From: Planctomycetota bacterium
GTDB lineage: Bacteria; Planctomycetota; Planctomycetia; Planctomycetales; Planctomycetaceae
Length of the DNA: 64,000 bases
Reading direction: 5' to 3'
NCBI GenBank assembly: GCA_043777375.1
Contig: JAYWHX010000009.1
Span: forward strand, 94,918-158,917
The position numbers and the translations under genes are program-made. The first letter of the stretch is position 1. The number at the start of each line of letters is the position of its first letter. The notes beneath the pieces are model-generated. The model did no database searches, was not told where the DNA came from, and saw nothing but the letters and a program-made list of their open reading frames with translations. Shown here piece by piece: positions 35,958 to 45,879 of the stretch.

Positions 35958-35985
35958 TTGACATTTCTGGGACGCAGATTAAACT
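35958..35985 (+). promoter_or_regulatory. Candidate sigma70-type promoter (TTGACA-N16-TAAACT)
   Basis: TTGACA at 35958-35963 and TAAACT at 35980-35985. They lie upstream of the 8-mer repeat and the ATG at 36048. Confidence 0.35.
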
Positions 35986-36003
35986 CCACCCTAGGCGAGG
36001 TCA

Positions 36004-36035
36004 TTCGCTACTTCGCTACTTCGCTACTTCGCTAC
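36004..36035. repeat. Tandem repeat, 4 copies of the 8-mer ttcgctac
   Basis: Four exact head-to-tail copies ending 12 nt before the ATG at 36048 and adjacent to the GGAG Shine-Dalgarno. Confidence 0.9.
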
Positions 36036-36047
36036 TGGAGACTTGAG

Positions 36048-36404
36048 ATGAAGATGCTTGTTGCCAGCCTTGTAATGCTATTTTGTGGTGTTGCTGAATC
36101 CGGAGTCGTCAACGTTGCTCACGTCTCAAGCACCCAAAATGCCCTTTTGTGGGCTCACACGTATACAGTGTCTTATGTTGGGTTTCCCCCAAAACGGAAG
36201 GAGATTCATGTTTACGGAAATAACATGATCGACTCTCAGTCTCAAGTGACCAACTACATCTACTTTGCTCCGTTGTCAAATGGCACTCTCTATACAACTG
36301 GGACCCCATACACATGGCATGTGCGAACCTCGACCACTGATCCCGCAACCTATGAATCGAATCAGCCCGTTCTGGCAAGTGGAACATACACTGCGACGAA
36401 TTGA
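36048..36404 (+). CDS. Small secreted protein, unknown function
   Basis: Signal peptide MKMLVASLVMLFCGVAES, and GGAG 7 nt upstream of the ATG. The mature part is Thr/Tyr-rich and beta-like. Confidence 0.5.
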   Translation: MKMLVASLVMLFCGVAESGVVNVAHVSSTQNALLWAHTYTVSYVGFPPKRKEIHVYGNNMIDSQSQVTNYIYFAPLSNGTLYTTGTPYTWHVRTSTTDPATYESNQPVLASGTYTATN

Positions 36405-36453
36405 CCAAGTATTTATTCTATGCCCAAGTGTGACTCGAGAGTGAGAATGGAGT

Positions 36454-37341
36454 ATGAAGATCCATCGATTGCAGCTTAACTCGCGAGCCGGGTTTACCAT
36501 CGTCGAGTTGCTGGTCTCCATCTCGATTTTGGGACTACTGATCTCACTTCTATTACCCGCAGTGCAGCGAGTGCGGGAATCGTCTCGCGATACCGACTGC
36601 CGAAATCGTCTCCATCATTTCGGAATCGCGATGCACTCACATGAAGAATTGCATCACGTTTTTCCGACCTCTGAATTCTTTCACGGTAGTCCCACATCCC
36701 GGATTACGAAACTGACACGAAACCCGGCGAATTACTGGAGGTGTCCGAGTGATCGACGCTTTGATGAAGCAGCGTCTTACATCAGTTATCTCGTCAACGA
36801 TGGATTGGATGGTCTCCAAGCAAGGCACATCAGGGGTCTTGGAGATGGTTTCTCGATATCTCGGGCATCGACTCGTGATTTGCGTGCGTCAGATGTAACT
36901 GACGGACTCTCTCAGACTGCAGCAGTTGCAGAGCGGCTACTCATTCCTATCAGCGATAACATCCTCACTGAGCCTGAACTGCGAGCTGACCCGAACCGGT
37001 ACATCTGGTACTTATCGAGCGGTCACCAGACTCTCGACACTCTGACTCACGCCTGTAGAAATGATCGCTTGACCCCCTACCCGATGGAGATTTCAACATC
37101 CGGATCTGCGGGCGGACAAGGTTACGACCATATCCTCACCCCGAACGAAATTGGGTGCCAGCCTGATTCCAGTGTGACATCAGGATTTTATCATGTCATC
37201 CCGGCGTCCAGTGAACACCCCGGTCACGTGAATGTACTGATGGGTGACGGCGCGGTGCGATCAGTCGCGAACGGAATTGAACTCGTCGTGTGGCGTGCTG
37301 TCGGAACTCGGAATGGAAACGAAGTTCTTGGGGAATTCTGA
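36454..37341 (+). CDS. DUF1559 protein with prepilin-type N-terminal cleavage/methylation domain and H-X9-DG motif
   Basis: AGFTIVELLVSISILGLLISLLLPAVQ at the N-terminus and HPGHVNVLMGDG near the C-terminus. Confidence 0.85.
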   Translation: MKIHRLQLNSRAGFTIVELLVSISILGLLISLLLPAVQRVRESSRDTDCRNRLHHFGIAMHSHEELHHVFPTSEFFHGSPTSRITKLTRNPANYWRCPSDRRFDEAASYISYLVNDGLDGLQARHIRGLGDGFSISRASTRDLRASDVTDGLSQTAAVAERLLIPISDNILTEPELRADPNRYIWYLSSGHQTLDTLTHACRNDRLTPYPMEISTSGSAGGQGYDHILTPNEIGCQPDSSVTSGFYHVIPASSEHPGHVNVLMGDGAVRSVANGIELVVWRAVGTRNGNEVLGEF

Positions 37342-37930
37342 ATTGACCATCATCAAAAAGATCGCAGTCTGCTTCGCGATGATTTGTGTCACTTTCCTCG
37401 GATGGTGGGTGTTCATCCGCGATCCCTTCAAAGTCGATGAATCCTTTTACCATCATGATCAATTTCAGTTCACTGCTGACATTGATGGGAAACCGATCCC
37501 CGCGAAAATTGGGCTGGGCGAGTCTCTCCCTATCCGTTTCCGGTGCCCAGTTCCCGAGGGCATCACCAAGACCTCAAAGTATGAAGGCCATTTGATCATC
37601 GTGACTCCAGGTACATACAGAGATCCAGTCGGAACCTCAGCTCACCAGCAAATTCATGGGGGCGCAGGTGTATCTCTCACTCTGGGAAGTCCAAGCGGTG
37701 TAGTCGATGTCACACCACCATATCCCAAGAAGGACGACAACGTTTTGCAGTTTTCCTCCCTGCTGTCAGGCAAGAACTTGGAGAAGGTGAAGTCTGGCGT
37801 ACCCTTGGAGATGCATCTCTGGCTCTACCCTATGAACAGTTTACCCAACAATCGAATTCAAGTGAGTGAAGAGGGGGTGTGGGTTTTCAGGCACTCTTTC
37901 GAGTTTGTGAACGACTCTCCAGCTTCCTGA
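37313..37930 (+). CDS. Membrane-anchored hypothetical protein
   Basis: N-terminal hydrophobic segment IAVCFAMICVTFLGWWVFI. The start is uncertain: ATG at 37313 overlaps the previous gene, and TTG at 37343 lies just after its stop. Confidence 0.4.
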   Translation: METKFLGNSELTIIKKIAVCFAMICVTFLGWWVFIRDPFKVDESFYHHDQFQFTADIDGKPIPAKIGLGESLPIRFRCPVPEGITKTSKYEGHLIIVTPGTYRDPVGTSAHQQIHGGAGVSLTLGSPSGVVDVTPPYPKKDDNVLQFSSLLSGKNLEKVKSGVPLEMHLWLYPMNSLPNNRIQVSEEGVWVFRHSFEFVNDSPAS

Positions 37931-38044
37931 TTTCTTGTCGATGCTTGAGAACAACTCTTCTTGTTCAGCTGCGATCTCCACCGGATTCTGTGTGTCTACA
38001 AGACTCGCCAGACTGCTGCCTGCGCTCTCGGAATGATTCGCAGC

Positions 38045-38929
38045 TCACTTCTTCTTCAAGTGCTCGGCGAACCAGGCGAACGTCTCTGGACCGACGATCT
38101 CCGCTTGTTGTTGCGGGCTGTAACCGTGACCGGCGCCCTCAACAACGACCAGCTTGCTGACAGCTTTAGTCTTCTTGAGGGCCGCTTCCATATTGGTGCT
38201 GTGTGCGACGGGGACGAGTTCGTCCTTGTCTCCGTGAATCATCAGGATCGGGGCGTTGGTGTCGCTGACGTGCAGGATTGGCGAGACGCTGGACTCCAAA
38301 GACGCCTCGAATTGAAGTGGCGGCTTGAGGGACGGGATGTCGCGAATCACCTGGGGAGGGTTCGTAGTCCAGCCGCGCAAATCGGTCGGTGGATACAAGG
38401 CGACTCCAGCTGCAATGCGGGAGCTGTGACGCAGGACTTCATCTTTCGAATCGGCTTGGCCGTCGTCTCCGGTGGTCGCCAGCATCAGGGTCAAGTGGCC
38501 GCCCGCGCTCCCGCCAGTGACACCGAGCCGCTCGGGATCGATTCCGTAGTCATTGGCCTTCCAGCGAATGAACCGCACAGCTCGACGAACATCAGCCACG
38601 GCGTCTGGCACCTGATACCGCGGCGCGCTGCCATGCCGCACAATGATCAGAGTGAACTCCTGATCCAGGTACGGCTTCCCCGCTGTGAGAAACACTTGCG
38701 GATCGGCCCAGCCGGAATACCAGCCTCCGCTTTGAATCCATAGCACCGCTGCACCGTTCTGCTTCGCGGGCTGAATGATATCGATCGTCAGAGCCATGCC
38801 GTCTTTGTGACCGTAAACCACGTCGGCATGAATCTTGGCCGGCTCATCAGCACAGAGATCGGTCGTGGCCATAGCCCAAAAGCCACTCAAGGCCAGACAA
38901 ACGGTGAAGAGTCGTGATGCGAAACCCAT
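38045..38929 (-). CDS. Secreted alpha/beta hydrolase (esterase/peptidase-like)
   Basis: Signal peptide, GGSAGG nucleophile elbow, and a C-terminal HGDKDELV...GAGHG. Confidence 0.7.
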   Translation of the reverse strand: MGFASRLFTVCLALSGFWAMATTDLCADEPAKIHADVVYGHKDGMALTIDIIQPAKQNGAAVLWIQSGGWYSGWADPQVFLTAGKPYLDQEFTLIIVRHGSAPRYQVPDAVADVRRAVRFIRWKANDYGIDPERLGVTGGSAGGHLTLMLATTGDDGQADSKDEVLRHSSRIAAGVALYPPTDLRGWTTNPPQVIRDIPSLKPPLQFEASLESSVSPILHVSDTNAPILMIHGDKDELVPVAHSTNMEAALKKTKAVSKLVVVEGAGHGYSPQQQAEIVGPETFAWFAEHLKKK

Positions 38930-39160
38930 CTGTGATCTCCTGGGTGACTTCGGATCGGAATCCGGTGATGTTGGCGGTCAGAGTAGCAAAGCGAGATACC
39001 AGAGGGCGACCCAGAGGCCGGTCACATTGGCGACTCGCCCGGCCCGCATTCTGAACAGTGGCTTCCCACCCACAACCCGGCTATAAATTCTTTTCTCGCT
39101 CTCTGATCCTGGCCGCGCGTGGCCGAGAGAGCGGCAGGCCGTTTTCGGAAAGTCTCTTCG

Positions 39161-40411
39161 ATGTCCCGCTCTCCTTTGGAATCGTCCGATCCCCTTGTCT
39201 GGAAAAGTGTTCAGCGTGAACAACATCGCCAGAAAGAGGGCCTGGAGCTGATCGCTTCGGAGAACTACACCAGCGCCGCGATCCTGCAAGTCGCCGGGAC
39301 AGTCCTGACTAATAAGTACGCCGAAGGCTACCCCGGCAAGCGGTATTACGGCGGCTGCGAATTCGTCGACGAAGTCGAAGTCCTCGCCCGTGACCGCGCG
39401 AAGCAGCTGTTCGGGGCCGAGCATGTGAACGTCCAGCCTCACGCGGGATCACAGGCGAACATGGCGGCGTACATGTCGGTGCTTCAGCCGGGCGACACCG
39501 TGCTGGCGATGGATCTGGCTCACGGGGGCCATTTGACACACGGGATGGGGTTGAACTTCTCGGGGAAGCTGTACAACTTCAAGCACTACGGCGTGCGCCA
39601 GTCAGACCACCGCATCGACTTCGACCAAGTGGCTCGTCTGGCCAAAGAGAACAAGCCGAAGATGATCGTGGCCGGGGCCAGTGCTTACCCGCGTGAGATC
39701 GATCATGCGAAGTTCGCCGACATTGCGCGCGAGCATGGGGCGCTGTTCATGGTCGACATGGCTCACTATGCGGGTCTGGTCGCCGGTGGCGTTCACAATA
39801 GCCCGGTCCCATATGCCGACTTCGTCACGACCACCACGCACAAGACCCTGCGTGGACCCCGCTCGGGAATCGTGATGTGCAAGGAGAAGTTCGCGAAAGA
39901 GGTCGACAAGACCGTTTTCCCGGGACTGCAGGGCGGCCCGCTGATGCACATCGTTGCGGCCAAGGCCGTCTGCTTCGGGGAGGCTCTGCTGCCCTCATTC
40001 AAGGTCTACGCCCAGCAGGTTGTTTCGAACGCCAAGACTCTGGCTGACACACTGGTCGCTGGCGGCATTCGTCTGGTCTCGGGTGGTACGGATAACCACC
40101 TGATGCTGTGCGATGTCACTGCCATCGAGGGACTCTCCGGCAAGATCGCCGAGCAGGCTCTCGACAAGGCCGGGATCACCGTCAACAAGAACATGATCCC
40201 CTACGATAAGCGGAAGCCAATGGACCCCAGCGGCGTCCGCGTCGGCACAGCTGCGCTGACCACTCGCGGGATGAAGGAAGCCGAGATGAAACAAGTCGGG
40301 GCTTGGATTCTGCGTTGTCTGAAAGCAGCCAGCGACGATGAGTCTCTGGGCAAGATTCGCCACGAGATCGCCGAGTTCGCCAGCGTCTTCCCGGTGCCGG
40401 GGATTGAGTAG
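39161..40411 (+). CDS. glyA: Serine hydroxymethyltransferase
   Basis: [20 protein letters not shown] and [11 protein letters not shown] (PLP lysine) motifs. Confidence 0.95.
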   Translation: MSRSPLESSDPLVWKSVQREQHRQKEGLELIASENYTSAAILQVAGTVLTNKYAEGYPGKRYYGGCEFVDEVEVLARDRAKQLFGAEHVNVQPHAGSQANMAAYMSVLQPGDTVLAMDLAHGGHLTHGMGLNFSGKLYNFKHYGVRQSDHRIDFDQVARLAKENKPKMIVAGASAYPREIDHAKFADIAREHGALFMVDMAHYAGLVAGGVHNSPVPYADFVTTTTHKTLRGPRSGIVMCKEKFAKEVDKTVFPGLQGGPLMHIVAAKAVCFGEALLPSFKVYAQQVVSNAKTLADTLVAGGIRLVSGGTDNHLMLCDVTAIEGLSGKIAEQALDKAGITVNKNMIPYDKRKPMDPSGVRVGTAALTTRGMKEAEMKQVGAWILRCLKAASDDESLGKIRHEIAEFASVFPVPGIE

Positions 40412-40445
40412 CGAGCCAGCACAGTGTGAGCCGAAGTCTTTCCCC

Positions 40446-40474
40446 ATGACCCAAGGTGTCGGACCTTGGGTCAT
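40446..40474. terminator. Hairpin between converging glyA and the PIG-L deacetylase gene
   Basis: A 12-bp perfect stem (atgacccaaggt / accttgggtcat) with a 5-nt loop. The U-tract is weak. Confidence 0.5.
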
Positions 40475-40585
40475 TGAGTTCTCAGTGAGGGGCGATTGCG
40501 ATCGGTGCTGCGTAGAAGGGATAGAAGTCCTCTTCCCGTTCTGGGGCTTGCTCGGACACTATTCGCCCGCAATGCCCCGCGAACC

Positions 40586-41350
40586 TCATCCGCCCAGTAG
40601 CGGTCGCAGGTCGCTGACACCGATTTCTTCGCGACTCGCGAAGGGCTCACCGAACGCCGTGTGAATCGTCCAGCCCCAGTACCTCGCCCGATCGCGGATG
40701 TCATCGAGCGGCGTTGGGTATTGCCGCGAGCGTTGCTCGATCAGCTGGCTGCTGTAACAACGGACCGCCTCCATCTTGCGGTCAATCACGCTGCTGATGT
40801 CCATCACGAACGCGGGCTTCGGATGGATACGCAGATGGATACTCCAAAAGTGATACAGCTTCGGGGGCCAATACGGTTCGCCCGGCAGATCACTCCGTGA
40901 GAGCTTGGCCCAGAACCGAGCATCGTCAACGAGCTGACTCGCCACCACATGATCGGGATGCACGTCCTCGGGATACGGGGCCAGAATAATTCCGGGGCGA
41001 GTCATTCGAAACACCTCAGCCAGCCGCCACCGGGCATCCAGATCAGCCTGGAGTTTGCGATTCGGCAACCCCAGATTTCCTCGCCATGTCAGGTCGAGAA
41101 TCTTGGTCGCCGCAGCTGTCTCGCGGGCTCGGATCTCGGGCGAGCCGAGCGGCGTCGGCTCGCCATTGGTCAGCTCAAGAACGCCGACCCGCAGGCCGAG
41201 CGCACGACAGGCCAAGATCGTCCCACCAACGCTGATCTCGGCGTCATCCGGGTGGGGGGCGACGACCAGGAGATCAAGGGGCTGTTGTGGGAAGTGCATA
41301 CGACGTGGTCGAGTCTGAGCTGAGTGGAGACAAGGTCCACTCGTTGTCAC
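40586..41350 (-). CDS. PIG-L/LmbE family deacetylase
   Basis: [18 protein letters not shown] motif and a downstream HPDH. An ATG at 41299 is an alternative start. Confidence 0.8.
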   Translation of the reverse strand: MTTSGPCLHSAQTRPRRMHFPQQPLDLLVVAPHPDDAEISVGGTILACRALGLRVGVLELTNGEPTPLGSPEIRARETAAATKILDLTWRGNLGLPNRKLQADLDARWRLAEVFRMTRPGIILAPYPEDVHPDHVVASQLVDDARFWAKLSRSDLPGEPYWPPKLYHFWSIHLRIHPKPAFVMDISSVIDRKMEAVRCYSSQLIEQRSRQYPTPLDDIRDRARYWGWTIHTAFGEPFASREEIGVSDLRPLLGG

Positions 41351-41631
41351 CGGTGGGCCATGACATTTAGTCTACTGGTTGAACGCCTTGAAAAAAACTA
41401 CCCCTCGGATCGCCGCGATCATTGATGTGGGTGACACCGACTCGGTTCGTGATTCGCCCGATGGATTGAGCAATCTCACCTTCCTCGGGGACGCCAAGAG
41501 GTCTCGGACCGGGAACACTACTCTCCTCGTTTCGGGTTCATACTGACAAGTGCGAGATATGAGCGATGTCGTCATCCTGATCGTATGGTCTAAGATCGTT
41601 CTGAGCACTCCGCCCTAAATAGAGGAAAGAC

Positions 41632-42558
41632 ATGATCCGCCTTGGTCTGTGTTGCATGTTTCGTGATGAACCCATCAAGTTCGCCACGACGACTGTCACC
41701 GCCATCAGCAAAATGCAGCGACCTGCTGCCTTGGAAAAGCTGAGCCAACTCTGTCTTCACAATTCCGACTCGCTTCTGGCAGCGTTACAGTTTTGTGCTC
41801 ACAACGGCATCGGGTGCTTCCGAGTCGTCAGCCAGATCCTCCCGATCAAAACGCATCCCACCTGCGGATACCGGATGGATGAACTGCCCGAGGGAGACGA
41901 GATCATTCGTCGATTCAAGGCGTGTGGCCAGTTCGCCGTGAAGCACAAGCTACGTACCTGTTTTCACCCCGATCAATTCGTCGTGCTGAACTCGCCTCGC
42001 CCGGATGTGGTTGAGAAATCAATACTCGAACTGGAATACCAGGCGGAGGTCGCCGAATGGATCCAGGCGGATGTGGTCAACATCCACGGCGGCGGGGCCT
42101 ATGGTGACAAGTCGAAGGCACTCGGTGATTTCGCACGCAGCCTCGACAAGCTCTCTGCTCGGGTGAGAAGTCGTCTGACGGTCGAGAACGATGACAAGAC
42201 TTACACCCCAGCTGATCTCCTGCCGATCTGCAAATCGACTGGCATTCCTCTCGTCTATGACGTGCATCATCACCGTTGTCTTCCGGACGAACTGAGCGTC
42301 GAGCAAGCCACGAGCAATGCTCTGAAGACCTGGAACCGCGAGCCAATGTTCCATCTGTCCAGCCCGATTGAGGGTTGGGACGGCCCAAAGCCGGAGCGAC
42401 ATCACGACTTCATCGACGTGACCGATTTCCCGGAATGCTGGAGTCAACTCGACTTGACCGTGGAGGTCGAGGCCAAGGCCAAGGAGCTGGCGGTGCTGAA
42501 ACTAAAGACTGATCGAGAGCAGCAGAAGTCGGCCCGAAATGTTGGTCACAAAGCCTGA
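41632..42558 (+). CDS. uvdE: UV damage endonuclease UvdE
   Basis: MIRLGLCCMF start, FRVVSQILP, VNIHGGG and VYDVHHH motifs typical of UvdE. Confidence 0.85.
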   Translation: MIRLGLCCMFRDEPIKFATTTVTAISKMQRPAALEKLSQLCLHNSDSLLAALQFCAHNGIGCFRVVSQILPIKTHPTCGYRMDELPEGDEIIRRFKACGQFAVKHKLRTCFHPDQFVVLNSPRPDVVEKSILELEYQAEVAEWIQADVVNIHGGGAYGDKSKALGDFARSLDKLSARVRSRLTVENDDKTYTPADLLPICKSTGIPLVYDVHHHRCLPDELSVEQATSNALKTWNREPMFHLSSPIEGWDGPKPERHHDFIDVTDFPECWSQLDLTVEVEAKAKELAVLKLKTDREQQKSARNVGHKA

Positions 42559-42655
42559 TCGAGTTCACTGAACGAGATCGGAATCCGGCTTCCGGTTGAC
42601 GTTCAAATCGATCGACAGTGTCCATGCCAGTCGAACCTCGCGAAGGCCAATCTCC

Positions 42656-43681
42656 ATGAGTCTGCACGCCACCAATCACTTACCCAAGCTTCGCGTCGCC
42701 GTTGTGGGGGCGGGGATATCAGGCTTGGTCTGTGCGAGCAGACTGCAAGACCACGGGATTCAAGTCACCGTCTTCGAGAAGAGTCGCAGCCCCAGCGGAC
42801 GTGCGGCGACTCGTCGCGTGGAGCCGGATCTGAGCTTTGACCACGGTGCCCAATACTTCACGGTACGTGACCCCGTCTTTGCTCAATCAGTAGAGACGTG
42901 GGTGCAGCAGGGAATCGTCGCAGAATGGACGGGACGGATCGTCGACATTGACGGACCGATCACACATCCCAAAACCGATCAACCGGTCCGCTATGTCGGA
43001 GTCCCCGGCATGACGGCGATGGCCCGTGATTTGGCTGCGGCGGCTACAGTCCACTTCGAGACACGTATAACCGCCATCAACCACAGCGAGATCGATTGGA
43101 CTCTGACCGACTCTACCAAGGGAACACACGGTCTGTTCAATCACATCGTCCTGTCATTGCCTGCCCCCCAGACAGCGGACTTGATCCGTGGATACAGTCT
43201 GGAGGAAGAAGTCCGAGCGGTCCCCATGACTCCCTGCTGGACAGTCCTGATTGCATTCAATGACCGGATGGACCTGGCCTGGGACGGGGCGTTTGTCAGT
43301 CACTCTCCCCTCGCTTGGGTCGCGCGAAACAGTTCCAAGCCCGGACGTGATCAGTCGGTCGACAGCTGGGTTCTGCACGCATCGCCCAGCTGGTCCGCAG
43401 ACCATTTAGAGGACGATCCGGAACTCGTCCGGGAAACACTCCGAGCCGAATTTGCCCAGTTGACGGGGCGTGCCCTCCCCTCGCCCATGCACTTCGCTGC
43501 CCATCGCTGGCTCTACAGTGCCACTCCGTTGTCCCTCGATCGGCAGGCATTATTTGATCACCAGTCTGGCTTGGTCATCTGCGGCGACTGGCTCGCTGGC
43601 GGGCGAGTCGAAGGGGCCTTCCGATCCGGAGTCGCAGCTTCCGATTGCCTGCTCCGGCAAGTCGGGCGAGAGCCGAAATAA
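42656..43681 (+). CDS. NAD(P)/FAD-dependent oxidoreductase (renalase/amine oxidase-like)
   Basis: Dinucleotide-binding motif VAVVGAGISGLVCASRL...VFEKSRSPSGR. I chose the start at MSLHA. Confidence 0.7.
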   Translation: MSLHATNHLPKLRVAVVGAGISGLVCASRLQDHGIQVTVFEKSRSPSGRAATRRVEPDLSFDHGAQYFTVRDPVFAQSVETWVQQGIVAEWTGRIVDIDGPITHPKTDQPVRYVGVPGMTAMARDLAAAATVHFETRITAINHSEIDWTLTDSTKGTHGLFNHIVLSLPAPQTADLIRGYSLEEEVRAVPMTPCWTVLIAFNDRMDLAWDGAFVSHSPLAWVARNSSKPGRDQSVDSWVLHASPSWSADHLEDDPELVRETLRAEFAQLTGRALPSPMHFAAHRWLYSATPLSLDRQALFDHQSGLVICGDWLAGGRVEGAFRSGVAASDCLLRQVGREPK

Positions 43682-43689
43682 ACCCAGTG

Positions 43690-44157
43690 TCACAAACCTG
43701 TCTTCACATTCCTCGCTGCCAGGAAGAGCGCATTGCATTCCTCCTCGAGAACTCCGCTAATGATTTGACACCTACGCTGTGGGCTGCGACGCACGATCTC
43801 TTCGGAGCGAATGTCGATCTGCCACCACCCGTGTTGTTGCAAGAACGGAATGGATGTGCCGTACACGACGGTCCCAATCCCTCCCCAGAGGATCGCACCC
43901 TGGCACATCGGGCAAGGCTCAGCTGTCGTGTAGAGAACTAAATCGGAACGCATTTGAGAGCCGTGAGACTGGATCAACTGGTTGATGGCGTCGATCTCGC
44001 CATGCCACGTCGGATTGTGATCCGATTTGTTCCAGCCCTCGGCGAGAATGGTGTCGTGCTCGCGATCGACGATCACGGCTCCAAATGGCAAGTGGGGGAC
44101 ATGTCTCGTCAAGTCGATCGCCCGGCGCATATAGCGTTCATGATCGAGTTCTGGCAT
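43690..44157 (-). CDS. CMP/dCMP-type zinc deaminase (nucleoside/tRNA-adenosine/guanine deaminase family)
   Basis: HGEIDAI and PCPMCQGAI zinc-binding motifs. Confidence 0.8.
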   Translation of the reverse strand: MPELDHERYMRRAIDLTRHVPHLPFGAVIVDREHDTILAEGWNKSDHNPTWHGEIDAINQLIQSHGSQMRSDLVLYTTAEPCPMCQGAILWGGIGTVVYGTSIPFLQQHGWWQIDIRSEEIVRRSPQRRCQIISGVLEEECNALFLAARNVKTGL

Positions 44158-44164
44158 GTCATCC

Positions 44165-44614
44165 TCACTTCATTGTCGAAGAAGCCATCCACAGGGCCAG
44201 GATGCCACGCAGGCTCCAAGCCGCCGTGCGAATCCAATTAGTCGAAACGAGCTTTTGATGCACGGCGGGATCAAACGCCTGAGTCAGGATTTCATGACAA
44301 GGGACCTGCAAAAACATGGTCGACAACCAGTTCACAGCGACCAACGCGAGACCGATCACGCAGGGGAGGATCGATACGCTAGCGGGACGAAACCAGAGCA
44401 GCAGCACAGCTGTGCCTAACTCGATGAACATGGGCGGGGCGACGACCCATGTCGTCACGGTGTTGTGCCGCTGTTCGTACTTGGCAAACTCAGCTGTCCC
44501 GACTTGAGCGTAGAGTGGGTAGTGAACGACCTGCACAAACCAGATCAACCCCCCCATGAAGAGAGTGGACGCGAGATGCATCAGAAAGACCCACCGCACC
44601 ATCGGCTCGCTCAT
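44165..44614 (-). CDS. Four-TM membrane protein, DUF1772-like
   Basis: 149 aa with four hydrophobic segments. A 4-nt overlap with the upstream oxidoreductase gene indicates an operon. Confidence 0.35.
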   Translation of the reverse strand: MSEPMVRWVFLMHLASTLFMGGLIWFVQVVHYPLYAQVGTAEFAKYEQRHNTVTTWVVAPPMFIELGTAVLLLWFRPASVSILPCVIGLALVAVNWLSTMFLQVPCHEILTQAFDPAVHQKLVSTNWIRTAAWSLRGILALWMASSTMK

Positions 44615-45861
44615 GCGAAGTCCTCCAGGAATGCCTCAGCGGCTCGACGACCCGAGACCATCGCGCCCTGAATCGACGCATTGTCCCGATGATCGCCACA
44701 CACGTACACGCCCGGCTGCCAGTGGACGGGGCGCTCCGGAACTGACAGTGCCGGGGAAGACTGTCGCGGCAGTGCGTAGGGAATGCGGTAGGTCCGCAAG
44801 TGTCGCCAACGATGTACGTCCGGCCCATACCACCCGACGAGCTGATCACACACAGCCGCTTGCAGGGAAGAGTCATTCGCGGGATGGATGCCCAGCACAG
44901 TGGCCGAGATCAGGTGCTGCTGGGGAGGCGCATAGTGCGGTGCCACCAGACTCGGAACGCAGAGGTTATTGACCGGGCCGTGACCTTCTCCATTCAGTAC
45001 AAGCAGGGGCTGGTCCACGGGGGATCGATCGGCGGCGAAGTAGAGGCATGTGACTCCTTGCGCCGCGTCCGGAATGGTCTCTCGGAGAAGCTTGGCAGCT
45101 GCTGCCCCTTCAACGGCGACGACCACGGCTCGTGCCCGAATGGTCTCCCCCGAGGCGAGTTGTACAGACTGTGGATCGACGCGTACGACAGGGGATTTCA
45201 GTTGAACACTCTCGGTTGGTAATCCAGCGGCCAGCTGACGGGGGATGGCTTCCATGCCTAGCCCGGGGAGAGTGGCATCGCCCGTCGAGAACATGCGAAA
45301 AACAAACTCAAACATCCGACTGGAAGTCTGCAATTCGGATTCGAGAAAGATCCCCCCGAGAAATGGTCGAAAGAATCGATCAACCATAGAAGGAGAAAAC
45401 CCAGACGTTTGCAGAGCCTGCAGCGTGGTGGTCTCCGGTCCGAGAAACCGGTCTTCGAGCGTCCCCTGGAGCACGCGGGATCGCAGTAATCCGACGCGCG
45501 CTTTATCTATGAATGTCCCGATGGGAGAGAAAACTGACCGCAAGCCCTGTACCGGGCGACGCCAAGGGTCGGTCAAGCGGTGAAATGCCCCTCCAAAACG
45601 CACGAGCGCTCCGGGTTCAAAGCTTCGCAGGTCGAGGGCGTTGTAGTCGAGGAGCTTTTTCGCCTCGGGGTACGCGGTCAAAAACACCTGAAAACCGCGA
45701 TCCAGCAGGAACCCGTCGACCGTGTCTGTCCGGATTCGACCGCCGACGCCATCGGCAGCTTCTACGATTCGAAAGGGGACTTTCGCCTGTTGGAGACGCA
45801 ACGCACAACACAGCCCGGAAAGCCCCGCGCCCACGATCACGACTTCGTCACCCATGCTCAT
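44611..45861 (-). CDS. NAD(P)/FAD-dependent oxidoreductase (amine oxidase / desaturase-like)
   Basis: VVIVGAGLSGLCCALRL...IVEAADGVGGRIRTD dinucleotide-binding fold. Confidence 0.75.
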   Translation of the reverse strand: MSMGDEVVIVGAGLSGLCCALRLQQAKVPFRIVEAADGVGGRIRTDTVDGFLLDRGFQVFLTAYPEAKKLLDYNALDLRSFEPGALVRFGGAFHRLTDPWRRPVQGLRSVFSPIGTFIDKARVGLLRSRVLQGTLEDRFLGPETTTLQALQTSGFSPSMVDRFFRPFLGGIFLESELQTSSRMFEFVFRMFSTGDATLPGLGMEAIPRQLAAGLPTESVQLKSPVVRVDPQSVQLASGETIRARAVVVAVEGAAAAKLLRETIPDAAQGVTCLYFAADRSPVDQPLLVLNGEGHGPVNNLCVPSLVAPHYAPPQQHLISATVLGIHPANDSSLQAAVCDQLVGWYGPDVHRWRHLRTYRIPYALPRQSSPALSVPERPVHWQPGVYVCGDHRDNASIQGAMVSGRRAAEAFLEDFA

Positions 45862-45879
45862 GCACTTGCCCCATTATCC

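Noticed and set aside
41444-41456. tRNA T-loop-like string ggttcgtgattcg in the PIG-L/uvdE intergenic region
   Set aside because: No flanking acceptor or anticodon stems could be drawn, so this is an isolated resemblance only.
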